A DNA stretch of 39,266 nt from an uncultured Bdellovibrionales bacterium (GTDB lineage Bacteria; Patescibacteriota; Minisyncoccia; Moranbacterales; UBA1568): contig CAZCTF010000001.1 of NCBI GenBank assembly GCA_964501755.1, positions 1,314-40,579 of the forward strand. The letters are read 5' to 3'. The position numbers and the translations under genes are program-made. Under the pieces are notes generated by a model that saw nothing but the letters and a program-made list of their open reading frames with translations, was not told where the DNA came from and searched no databases. Below, one piece after another: positions 17,008-25,431 of the stretch; position 1 is the first letter of the stretch, and the number at the start of each line of letters is the position of its first letter.

Positions 17008-17640
17008 ATGGAATTCTTCGGTATCGACATGGTTCAGGCGATTAAAGCGATTGGGTATGTTGGCCTTTTTGCGATTGTCTTTGCGGAAACGGGTCTCTTT
17101 TTGGGTTTTTTCTTCCCAGGAGACAGTCTGCTCTTTGTCGCGGGTGTCTTGGCGGCCCAGGGGTTTTTCTCGCTGCCAATCCTCCTCATGGTCCTTTTTC
17201 TCGCTGCCTTTACCGGCAATATGGTTGGATACTGGTTCGGTGCCTTTGTCGGGCCCAAGATTTTTACTCGCGAAGATTCGCTCCTCTTTCGTAAGTCACA
17301 TATCCTGAAGGCACAGGCATTCTATGAGCGATACGGCGGTAAGACTATCGTCCTTGCACGGTTCGTTCCGATTGTCAGAACCTTTGCACCGATCGTTGCG
17401 GGCGTGGCTCGGATGCACTACGGCACCTTTGCCTTCTTTAACCTAATCGGCGCCTTGCTCTGGTCCGTCGGACTGACCACAGCTGCCTACTATTTAGGGA
17501 CTCTGATCGAGGATATCGACCGCTACCTCCTGCCGATTATCGTGCTCATTATCTTCTTGTCGGTTCTCCCGGGGGTATTCGAATACTGGCGTGACCGGAG
17601 AGAGGCGAAAGCCAGCGGGACTGCGATGGACAAAAGCTGA
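17008..17640 (+). CDS. dedA: DedA/VTT-domain membrane protein
   Basis: FAETGLFLGFFFPGDSLLFVAGVLA and RFVPIVRTFAPIVAG motifs. Confidence 0.85.
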   Translation: MEFFGIDMVQAIKAIGYVGLFAIVFAETGLFLGFFFPGDSLLFVAGVLAAQGFFSLPILLMVLFLAAFTGNMVGYWFGAFVGPKIFTREDSLLFRKSHILKAQAFYERYGGKTIVLARFVPIVRTFAPIVAGVARMHYGTFAFFNLIGALLWSVGLTTAAYYLGTLIEDIDRYLLPIIVLIIFLSVLPGVFEYWRDRREAKASGTAMDKS

Positions 17641-17715
17641 GAGGGGAGTACGCTGGTCGGGTAAAATGCCGGACGCTGACTGCTCGATTTTTTTTCTCTG
17701 AATGAAAGGTTTGTT

Positions 17716-18252
17716 ATGTATCGCATGCTGAAGAAAATTCTGACTACGCCACTCGTTGTACGGAGCGAACGAGAAATCCGCGGAACGGAGATTGAAGCGG
17801 TGGGAATAGCGGTCAAGGAGCGAGCGAAGAAGATATTCGGCGGTTCGATTGCGATTCGCGAAGTCGCTGCGGGATCGAGTAATGCCGAAGAGCAAGAGCT
17901 CACGGCGCTCACCAATGCCTACTATGACGTCGAGCGCTTCGGCGTGCATTTCGTCGCTTCGCCGCGGCATGCGGATATGCTCTTTGTCACTGGGCCGGTC
18001 AGTCGCAACATGGCTGACGGTGTCCGTCATTCATATGAGGCGATGCCGACACCAAAATGGGTTGTCGCCGTCGGAGATGGGGCGATCGATGGGGGCATCT
18101 ATCGGGACTCATATGCTGTCTATAATCGAGTCGAGGATCTCGTCCCGGTGGATTTCAAGATCCCAGGCGATCCGCCCTCGCCCATGGCTGTTTTAAAAGC
18201 TTTACTCGAGATTCTCGATGAGATCGACAGTCGGCGTACAGATAGACCATAG
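17716..18252 (+). CDS. NuoB/HycG/HyfI/MbhJ-like small subunit, cysteine-free
   Basis: DVERFGVHFVASPRHADMLFVTGPV and PVDFKIPGDPP fold motifs; cluster-ligand positions read GSSNAEE, GDGAIDGG, PGDPP; zero Cys in 178 aa. Confidence 0.85.
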   Translation: MYRMLKKILTTPLVVRSEREIRGTEIEAVGIAVKERAKKIFGGSIAIREVAAGSSNAEEQELTALTNAYYDVERFGVHFVASPRHADMLFVTGPVSRNMADGVRHSYEAMPTPKWVVAVGDGAIDGGIYRDSYAVYNRVEDLVPVDFKIPGDPPSPMAVLKALLEILDEIDSRRTDRP

Positions 18253-18255
18253 CCT

Positions 18256-20313
18256 ATGGAATTTTTTCTTACTGAAGACGCATTGTTTGCTCTCCTCGCC
18301 TCTTTTTTTATCGGGGCGATTGCGTCGCTCCTCGCTGGAGCACGAATGAATGATGGTGGTCGGATGGCAAACAGAGTCGGCCACGGAGCGGCAGCATCCG
18401 GTTCGCTTGTTGGTCTTGCGATGTCGGCGGTAGTACTCATGAATGGTCGAGGTGTCAGTTTTCAGTTCGAGAGTGCATTCCCACTCTTTGACCTCTCGTT
18501 CCGAATCGATGGCATGGGGGCGTTTTTTCTCGGTCTCGCTTCGCTTATCGCCCTCCTTGCATCGATTTACGGCTATGGGTATCAAAAGCACTTTATTGGA
18601 AGTGGATGTCTCGGGTCATACGGTTTTTTCTATAATCTCTTCGTTGGAAGCCTACTGCTCGTTCCAGTCGCGAATCAAGCGCTTTTCTTCCTCCTCGTCT
18701 GGGAAGTGATGTCACTCGCTTCATACTTCCTTGTTGTTTTTGAACGAGAAAAACCGGAAAATGTCCGGGCGGGTTTCCTCTATTTCCTCATGACACACTT
18801 CGGGACAGCATTTATCATGCTGGCCTGTCTCCTTGCCTATCAGGCGACTGGATCGTTCTCATTTGACGCATGGCGTGAGGCGTTCGGAACACTTTCTTCG
18901 GGCACCGAACTGCTCATCCTCGGCTTTGCGCTTATCGGTTTCGCGACGAAAGCCGGTCTCATCCCGCTCCATATCTGGCTTCCAGAGGCGCACCCGGCGG
19001 CCCCATCCCATGTCTCAGCACTCATGTCTGGCATCATGGTGAAGACAGCACTCTTCATGCTTTTCCGATTCTTCTTCGACTTTTTCCAGGGTGCGCGTAT
19101 TGAGTGGGGTGTCGCGTTCCTTATCATTGGATCAGTTTCCGCAATTCTCGGTATCCTCTATGCCAATGCGGAACGCGATCTGAAGCGCCTCCTCGCGTAC
19201 AGTACCGTCGAAAACGTTGGTATTGTCACGATTGCTTTTGGTGCCGGACTGACACTCTTCGCGCTCGGTCAGGAGCGAGTCGCACTTTTCGCGCTCGCGG
19301 CTGCTCTCTACCATCTCGTGAATCATGCGATCTTCAAGTCTCTTCTCTTCTTTGGTGCTGGCGCAGTGGTCAGTGCTACGGGGACACGGAATATGGAGGC
19401 CTACGGCGGGCTCTGGCGAGTTATGCCGTATACGGCGAGCTTTTTTCTCGTGGGTTCGCTTGCGATCGCTGCGCTACCGCCCTTTAACGGATTCGTGAGC
19501 GAATGGCTAACTTTCCAAGTTCTTTTTGCCGGGGTCATTGGCGCTCCGCTTGCAGTAAAGACGGCATTTCTCTTCGCCCTCGGAGCGCTCGTTTTCACGA
19601 GTGGTCTTACGATCGCTTGTTTTGTGAAAGTATTCGGTACGGCGTTTCTCGCTCGTCCGCGCACTGCCGAGGCTCGGGCAGCACATGAAGTTTCATGGTT
19701 TCTCCTTTCCCCGATGGCACTTCTTTCGGTGATCGCTCTCGGGCTCGGACTGTTTTCGTCCCATGTGCTTGCGGCATTGACGGGAGTTGTGGCGAGCATC
19801 GGTCTTACAAATCCGACGACGCTGCGTTTCCCGTTCCTCGAAATCGTTGCCTCGCGTCATGCCTTTGCGGATGTGTTGCCGCTCGCAACGATCGTCTTAC
19901 TTCTCGTCGCTTTTCTTGCAGCTGTGTTCGTCGGTATCCGGTTGGCCACACGTGGCCGCATCGTGACGATTGCTCCGACCTGGGACTGCGGGTTTCCGCT
20001 TTCCGAACGGAGCGAGATTACAGCGACGAGCTTCTCCCGGTCGCTTGTGACGATTTTCCAGGGGGTGCTCCGCCCGACGAAACAGTCGACAGTCGAATAC
20101 CATGATGAGCGGACCCGGTACTTTGTGAAGGCGGCGAGTATTGAGACTGGTCTTCGTGACGTCTACCGCGAGCGACTGTACCGTCCTGTTGATACGGCAC
20201 TCAGCTTTCTCGCGAACCGTATCCGACTGGTCCAGACTGGGAACGTGAATATGTACATACTCTATTTCGCCGTCGCGCTCGTTGGTACACTCCTCTGGGC
20301 CGCGCGCAGTTGA
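18256..20313 (+). CDS. HyfB/HycC/NuoL-like antiporter-type membrane subunit
   Basis: LVWEVMSLASYFLV, KAGLIPLHIWLPEAHPAAPSHVSALMSG, NHAIFKSLLFFGAG, C-terminal TWDCGFP extension. Confidence 0.85.
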   Translation: MEFFLTEDALFALLASFFIGAIASLLAGARMNDGGRMANRVGHGAAASGSLVGLAMSAVVLMNGRGVSFQFESAFPLFDLSFRIDGMGAFFLGLASLIALLASIYGYGYQKHFIGSGCLGSYGFFYNLFVGSLLLVPVANQALFFLLVWEVMSLASYFLVVFEREKPENVRAGFLYFLMTHFGTAFIMLACLLAYQATGSFSFDAWREAFGTLSSGTELLILGFALIGFATKAGLIPLHIWLPEAHPAAPSHVSALMSGIMVKTALFMLFRFFFDFFQGARIEWGVAFLIIGSVSAILGILYANAERDLKRLLAYSTVENVGIVTIAFGAGLTLFALGQERVALFALAAALYHLVNHAIFKSLLFFGAGAVVSATGTRNMEAYGGLWRVMPYTASFFLVGSLAIAALPPFNGFVSEWLTFQVLFAGVIGAPLAVKTAFLFALGALVFTSGLTIACFVKVFGTAFLARPRTAEARAAHEVSWFLLSPMALLSVIALGLGLFSSHVLAALTGVVASIGLTNPTTLRFPFLEIVASRHAFADVLPLATIVLLLVAFLAAVFVGIRLATRGRIVTIAPTWDCGFPLSERSEITATSFSRSLVTIFQGVLRPTKQSTVEYHDERTRYFVKAASIETGLRDVYRERLYRPVDTALSFLANRIRLVQTGNVNMYILYFAVALVGTLLWAARS

Positions 20314-20319
20314 TCACCT

Positions 20320-21294
20320 ATGACTATGGATATTCTTTTCTTCACCCTCCAAATCATCGCCGTCCCGGTCCTTTCGCCGCTCCTCGTTGGGATTATCCGG
20401 CGCGTGAAAGCGCGTCTCCAGGGACGGGTCGGTGCGGATGTCATTCAGCCGTACCGTGATCTGCGAAAACTTTTTGCTAAGGACGAAGTCATTTCAGCTG
20501 ACGCGTCATGGATTACGCGCTTCGCTCCCTATCTCATATTTTCGATCACGCTGCTTCTCGGTGCGACCGTGCCGCTTGTCACCACAGTGGCGCCGACGAT
20601 CCCGGGCTATCCTGAACTCATGCTCACGGCGACAGGTGATTTCCTTGTGATTGTTTATCTCTTTGCTCTCATGACTTTTTTTCTCGCCCTCGCCGGCATG
20701 GATGCAGGGGGCGGCTTTGGCGGTCTCGGATCGAGTCGCGAGATGATGGTTGCAGCGCTTGCAGAAGCCGGTCTTATCTTTTCGCTTCTCCCGGCATCAT
20801 TCTTGGCGGGGACGGGTCATATCCTCGATATGGTCGTACAATTGAGCAATCTGCCGATCACCACGGCGTTCCCGCTCTTTGTCGCCTTTCTTGCGTTCGC
20901 TATTGCGCTTTTGGCTGAAAATGCCCGGTTTCCGGTGGATAATCCAGCGACACACCTCGAGCTCACTATGATCCATGAGGCGATGCTGCTCGAGTATTCG
21001 GGTAAGCGGCTGGCGCTCATGGAGTGGGCGAGCGCGAATAAACTCATGATTTTCATCGCACTCGGGGCCAACGTCTTCTTCCCGTGGGGGATCGCTTTCG
21101 AATTCTCCTCCTTTCAGACCTTACTCATCCCAGCGCTCATCTTTTCAGTCAAGGCGCTAGCGTTCCTCGTCGGTATCGCGCTCGTCGAATCGCTCATGGC
21201 AAAATTCCGTATCTTCCGTGTCCCAGATCTCCTCTTTACTTCCTTTGTCCTCGGCATGATCGCAGTGGTGCTCACGGTCTTGCTCACTGCCTAA
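20320..21294 (+). CDS. HyfC/HycD/NuoH-like membrane subunit
   Basis: GMDAGGGFGGLGSSREMMVAALAE and HEAMLLEYSGKRLAL motifs typical of HycD/NuoH. Confidence 0.85.
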   Translation: MTMDILFFTLQIIAVPVLSPLLVGIIRRVKARLQGRVGADVIQPYRDLRKLFAKDEVISADASWITRFAPYLIFSITLLLGATVPLVTTVAPTIPGYPELMLTATGDFLVIVYLFALMTFFLALAGMDAGGGFGGLGSSREMMVAALAEAGLIFSLLPASFLAGTGHILDMVVQLSNLPITTAFPLFVAFLAFAIALLAENARFPVDNPATHLELTMIHEAMLLEYSGKRLALMEWASANKLMIFIALGANVFFPWGIAFEFSSFQTLLIPALIFSVKALAFLVGIALVESLMAKFRIFRVPDLLFTSFVLGMIAVVLTVLLTA

Positions 21295-21304
21295 AGTCAT
21301 CGAT

Positions 21305-21964
21305 ATGGAATTCCAATTGCTCCAACTCGCACTCTCGCTCGATCTCGCCGCATTCGTCGCGGTCGTCCTGCTTCATTTGGTGAAGAGTACGAAATACACG
21401 ATCCGTCTGTATGCCCTTCAGTCCGCCGCAGTCGCTATAGTACTTGTGATTCTCGGCGTGACTGAGGACGAGCGGGGATTTATCGCGATCGGTGCCGTTA
21501 CTTTTGTCGCCAAGGTAATTATCGCTCCGTTCTTTTTCTCTCGGCTGGTCCAGCGGTTCGGACATCTGGTGGCGAGCACCAGCTATCTTTCGATGCCGGC
21601 GACATTGGCGGTACTGCTCGGTCTCATCATCTTTTCAGCTTCTTCGGTCTTCGATCCGCTTTGGGCCGTTGCCGCCGTCACTCCTGATGTTTTTGCCTTC
21701 AATGTAGCAATGGTATTCATCGCTCTTTTCCTGCTTATCAATCGGCAGGGTGTGCTTGCCCAGATTATCGCTGTCCTGGCGCTCGAGAATAGTATCGTGC
21801 TCTTTGCGTTATTCATCGGCGTGAAACAGACATTCGCACTCGAGATGGGAATCATGTTCGATGTCATTCTCTGGATGGTCATCGCCTATGCGTTCCTTCA
21901 GATCATCTATCGGCAATTCGGGTCGCTCGATACACGCGAGATGCGCCAATTAACCGAAGACTAA
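21305..21964 (+). CDS. HyfE-like (NuoK-related) membrane subunit
   Basis: Multi-TM protein of 219 aa in the HyfE position, with LALENSIVLFALF motif. Confidence 0.7.
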   Translation: MEFQLLQLALSLDLAAFVAVVLLHLVKSTKYTIRLYALQSAAVAIVLVILGVTEDERGFIAIGAVTFVAKVIIAPFFFSRLVQRFGHLVASTSYLSMPATLAVLLGLIIFSASSVFDPLWAVAAVTPDVFAFNVAMVFIALFLLINRQGVLAQIIAVLALENSIVLFALFIGVKQTFALEMGIMFDVILWMVIAYAFLQIIYRQFGSLDTREMRQLTED

Positions 21965-21975
21965 GGCAAACTCGT

Positions 21976-23430
21976 ATGATCCTCACCCTCGTCCTCGTTC
22001 CGCTCCTGACCGCACTGCTCGTCTTCCTCTTGCCGACCAAGAAGACGCGTTTTATGGAGGCAAGCGTGATCATCGCGGCTGGCATCGAGCTGGCGCTCGT
22101 ATTCCAAGTGATCACCACGGTAGCCCTCGAGGGCACCATCCGTGGGACTGACGCTTTCGCGCTGGATGGTCTCTCAAGTTATATTGTGCTTCTTATCACA
22201 CTGGTCGGTTTTTTCGTCTCGCTGTATTCCGTCGGTTATCTCCGGACGGAAGTAGGGAAGGGGATTATCGGTCCGCGCCGTGTTCGTCAACTTTTCATCC
22301 TCCTCGAGCTCTTCCTCTTTGCGATGTATCTCGCGGTCTCGACAGTAAATCCGATCATCACGTGGATCGCGATCGAAGCGATGACTTTGCCGACAGTCTT
22401 TCTCATCAGTTTCTACAATAAACCGACCGCGACAGAGGCGGCGTGGAAGTATCTTATCCTGAATTCGATCGGTCTCCTCATTGGCCTCCTCGGTACGCTC
22501 CTCTTTGTTGCCCTCCAAGAAGACCACTCGGGCGCCACGAACTGGATAAACCTCATCACTGCCGCCTCAACCGGTCTTATTCCGGCAGAGGTCGCCAAGA
22601 TTGCTTTTGTCCTCATCTTCATCGGCTATGGGGCCAAAGTCGGTCTCGCGCCGCTGCATGCCTGGTTACCGGACGCCCATAGCAAGGCGCCCTCGCCCAT
22701 CTCGGCATTGCTTTCGGGTGTACTTCTGAACGTCGCACTTTTTGCGGTGCTTCGCTGGAAACAGGTGACTGATCTAGCGCTTGGAAGCGATCAATTCACT
22801 GGCAGCCTACTTATTTTCTTCGGAATACTTTCTGTTTTCCTTGCCGCCTTTATCATCTTTGTTCAGAAGAACTACAAGCGCCTCCTGGCATACTCGAGTA
22901 TCGAGCATATGGGACTCATCGCGATCGGCTTCGGGCTTGGCGGCATCGGGACCATCGCTGGCCTCCTTCATATGCTCTACCACGCCCTCGCTAAATCGAT
23001 GCTCTTTCTCTTGGCGGGAAATATCTTCCTCCGCTACAACTCGACGAAGTTGAAGAATGTTAGTGGCCTCATATCGGCGTTGCCGCTCTCGGGCCCGCTC
23101 TTTTTCGCCGGTATCCTCATCCTGTCGGGTCTCCCGCCGTTCGCACTCTTTGCGACGAAGTTGCTTATCCTCTCGGCAGGCATCGTTTTTTCGCCATGGC
23201 TTGTTGGCGGACTGCTCATCGCGCTCGGCGTCATGTTCTTCGGTTTCTTCCGCTTCGTCACCAAGCTCGCCTATGGACCAGTACCGGAGGGCATCGACCG
23301 CGGCGAGGCGCATTTCCTGACACAACTCCCGGTAGCACTCCTCTTCGCGACACTCCTGGTCCTGAGCTGGTATGTGCCCGAATCGCTCAATACAGTCCTT
23401 GCATCCGTGAACGAGACTCTGTCGCACTAA
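21976..23430 (+). CDS. HyfF/NuoN/NuoM-like antiporter-type membrane subunit
   Basis: IAIEAMTLPTVFL, GAKVGLAPLHAWLPDAHSKAPSPISALLSG, YSSIEHMG, YHALAKSMLFLLAG. Confidence 0.85.
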   Translation: MILTLVLVPLLTALLVFLLPTKKTRFMEASVIIAAGIELALVFQVITTVALEGTIRGTDAFALDGLSSYIVLLITLVGFFVSLYSVGYLRTEVGKGIIGPRRVRQLFILLELFLFAMYLAVSTVNPIITWIAIEAMTLPTVFLISFYNKPTATEAAWKYLILNSIGLLIGLLGTLLFVALQEDHSGATNWINLITAASTGLIPAEVAKIAFVLIFIGYGAKVGLAPLHAWLPDAHSKAPSPISALLSGVLLNVALFAVLRWKQVTDLALGSDQFTGSLLIFFGILSVFLAAFIIFVQKNYKRLLAYSSIEHMGLIAIGFGLGGIGTIAGLLHMLYHALAKSMLFLLAGNIFLRYNSTKLKNVSGLISALPLSGPLFFAGILILSGLPPFALFATKLLILSAGIVFSPWLVGGLLIALGVMFFGFFRFVTKLAYGPVPEGIDRGEAHFLTQLPVALLFATLLVLSWYVPESLNTVLASVNETLSH

Positions 23431-23441
23431 AAACCTCTCCT

Positions 23442-25028
23442 ATGATCGATCCTACTCATTTACTCCAGCGTTTCGGACTTAACGGCCTCGTACCAGTGTC
23501 GGAGGGCAGCCGTGTTCTTTTCGAGGTGAAAGCGACCGATCTGTCGCGTGTCATAATGACGTTGAAAAAGACTCACACACTCCCGCTGAAGACGATGGCG
23601 GCAAGCGATGAGCGCGCAGTCGGCCGGGGTTTTCGCATTTACTACGTCTTCGGTATTCCGAAGGAGAATGTGTTCTTGATCCCGTTCCTCTCAGTGAGTC
23701 CGGAGAATCCTTCCTTCCCGTCAATGACACCGGAAGATCAGGAATTTGCCATGTATGAGCGCGAGATACTGACGTTCTTCGGCCTTATGCCGGTCGGCCA
23801 CCCAGCGCCAGAGCGGATCACACTCCATGCTGAAAATTTTCCTAAGGATATCTATCCGCTCCGGAAAGAGTTCAAATGGAATACGGCAATTACTGAACCA
23901 AAGGAAAAGGAATGGGCAACTTTCAAAAAATACGAAGGACAGGGTGTCTATGAGATCCCAGTCGGTCCGGTCCATGCCGGCATTATCGAACCGGGACATT
24001 TCCGTTTCAGTGTTCTCGGTGAAGAGATTCTTCGCTTGGAACCGCGGCTCGGTTATGTCCACAAGGGGACGGAGAAACTTTTTGAGATGCTCGAATCAAA
24101 CCGGCAGGTGATCCTGGCCGAACGTATTTCGGGTGATAGCTCATTCCATCACGCGCTCGCCTACTGCCAGGCGATCGAATCGCTTGCAGGGGCTGAAGTG
24201 CCAAAACGAGCAACATATCTCCGGATGATCATGGCTGAACTGGAACGGCTCGCCAATCACTACAATGATCTCGCGTTTATCATGCTGGACACGGGGCTTT
24301 CCTTTGGCGGCAGTCAGGGGACGCGACTCCGTGAGCGGGTCATGCAGTGGAATGAGTGTCTTACTGGTCACCGATTCTTGCGCGGCATGCTGACACCGGG
24401 CGGCCTTTTAAAAGACATTCCGAACCATGAGTTGAATGCGCTCAAACTTGATCTCGTTGATCTCGAGAATGATTTTCTCGAAGTGATAGATGCGGTCTCG
24501 GAGAGTCTCTCGCTCCTCAATCGGCTCCAGAATACAGGGCGTTTGGAGTGGACAATCGGGGAGGATCATGGCATCGTCGGGATCGGCGCTCGAGCGATTG
24601 GTATCGAACGTGATGCGCGCGCGGATTTTCCGTATGCTGCCTATGACATGGTTCATTTCTCGGTTCCGACAGAGGATGGCGGCGATGTCTATGCCCGGTA
24701 CAGGGTCCGCGAACGCGAAGTCCATCAGTCATTCAAGATCCTCCATCAGTCGATCAATCACATCGTCTCTCTTTCTGGTCCAATCACTCTCCCGCTCGGC
24801 AATCTTGCGCCGAATGCGCACGCGGTCGGCATCGTCGAGGGCTGGCGAGGCGATATCGTCTATTTCGTTTTGACTGATGCGATGGGCGCAATCACTCGTG
24901 TCAAAGTTCGTGATCCATCGTTCCTGAATTGGCAGGTTTTTCCGTATCTTGTGACGAACGACATGGTTCCAGACTTCCCGCTCATCAACAAAAGCCTCAA
25001 TCTTTCCTATTCAGGGAATGATCTCTAG
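23442..25028 (+). CDS. fused NuoC-NuoD / HyfG / HycE-like large subunit lacking NiFe ligands
   Basis: ATG 23442 lies 11 nt after the preceding stop; GPVHAGIIEPGHFRF, RLGYVHKGTEK; the L1 motif reads ERISGDSSFHH and the C-terminus reads SLNLSYSGNDL. Confidence 0.85.
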   Translation: MIDPTHLLQRFGLNGLVPVSEGSRVLFEVKATDLSRVIMTLKKTHTLPLKTMAASDERAVGRGFRIYYVFGIPKENVFLIPFLSVSPENPSFPSMTPEDQEFAMYEREILTFFGLMPVGHPAPERITLHAENFPKDIYPLRKEFKWNTAITEPKEKEWATFKKYEGQGVYEIPVGPVHAGIIEPGHFRFSVLGEEILRLEPRLGYVHKGTEKLFEMLESNRQVILAERISGDSSFHHALAYCQAIESLAGAEVPKRATYLRMIMAELERLANHYNDLAFIMLDTGLSFGGSQGTRLRERVMQWNECLTGHRFLRGMLTPGGLLKDIPNHELNALKLDLVDLENDFLEVIDAVSESLSLLNRLQNTGRLEWTIGEDHGIVGIGARAIGIERDARADFPYAAYDMVHFSVPTEDGGDVYARYRVREREVHQSFKILHQSINHIVSLSGPITLPLGNLAPNAHAVGIVEGWRGDIVYFVLTDAMGAITRVKVRDPSFLNWQVFPYLVTNDMVPDFPLINKSLNLSYSGNDL

Positions 25029-25127
25029 GCCGGGTCTCAGGCTGTACTGCTTGACAGAATCTTTCCTTTCCTCTGGAAAGCGCTAGACTGGAGGCGCCTA
25101 CACTACCCACGAAAGGAGGGTACAGTT

Positions 25128-25370
25128 ATGGCTTTTTCTCAATTGCCGGAGATCGCTTCCAACTTGACTCAAGAGTCACTGGACGAACAGCCCGAGTCGT
25201 CCGTTCCGTCTGCGGGCTCTGACTTCGATCCTTGGGGGCTCTCGGCCCATTTTTCAAGTGCGAGCATCTTCCCTCCCTGGGAAAAGACGGAAGGCCTACT
25301 CCGTTATTGGATGCTGCTCTGGCAGGATCAGTGGGAGCGGCAACTCCGACTCTTTGGAGTTCTACGCTAG
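25128..25370 (+). CDS. small hypothetical protein (80 aa; acidic N-terminal half, Trp-rich C-terminal half)
   Basis: Strong SD AAAGGAGGG 7 nt before the ATG; own terminator at 25397-25431. Confidence 0.55.
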   Translation: MAFSQLPEIASNLTQESLDEQPESSVPSAGSDFDPWGLSAHFSSASIFPPWEKTEGLLRYWMLLWQDQWERQLRLFGVLR

Positions 25371-25396
25371 CCGCAGCCATGGCGCTTGAATGTTCG

Positions 25397-25431
25397 CAGC
25401 ACCAGTCGAAACGATTGGTGCTGAGTTTTTT
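25397..25431 (+). terminator. Rho-independent terminator
   Basis: CAGCACCA-gtcgaaacgat-TGGTGCTG followed by AGTTTTTT. Confidence 0.65.

Noticed and set aside
23196-23441. 82-codon N-terminal extension of the large-subunit ORF (23196..25028)
   Set aside because: It overlaps the 3' end of the HyfF-like gene in another frame and is Arg/Pro-rich shadow sequence. ATG 23442 gives the expected NuoC-like N-terminus and the same spacing as the other genes of the operon.
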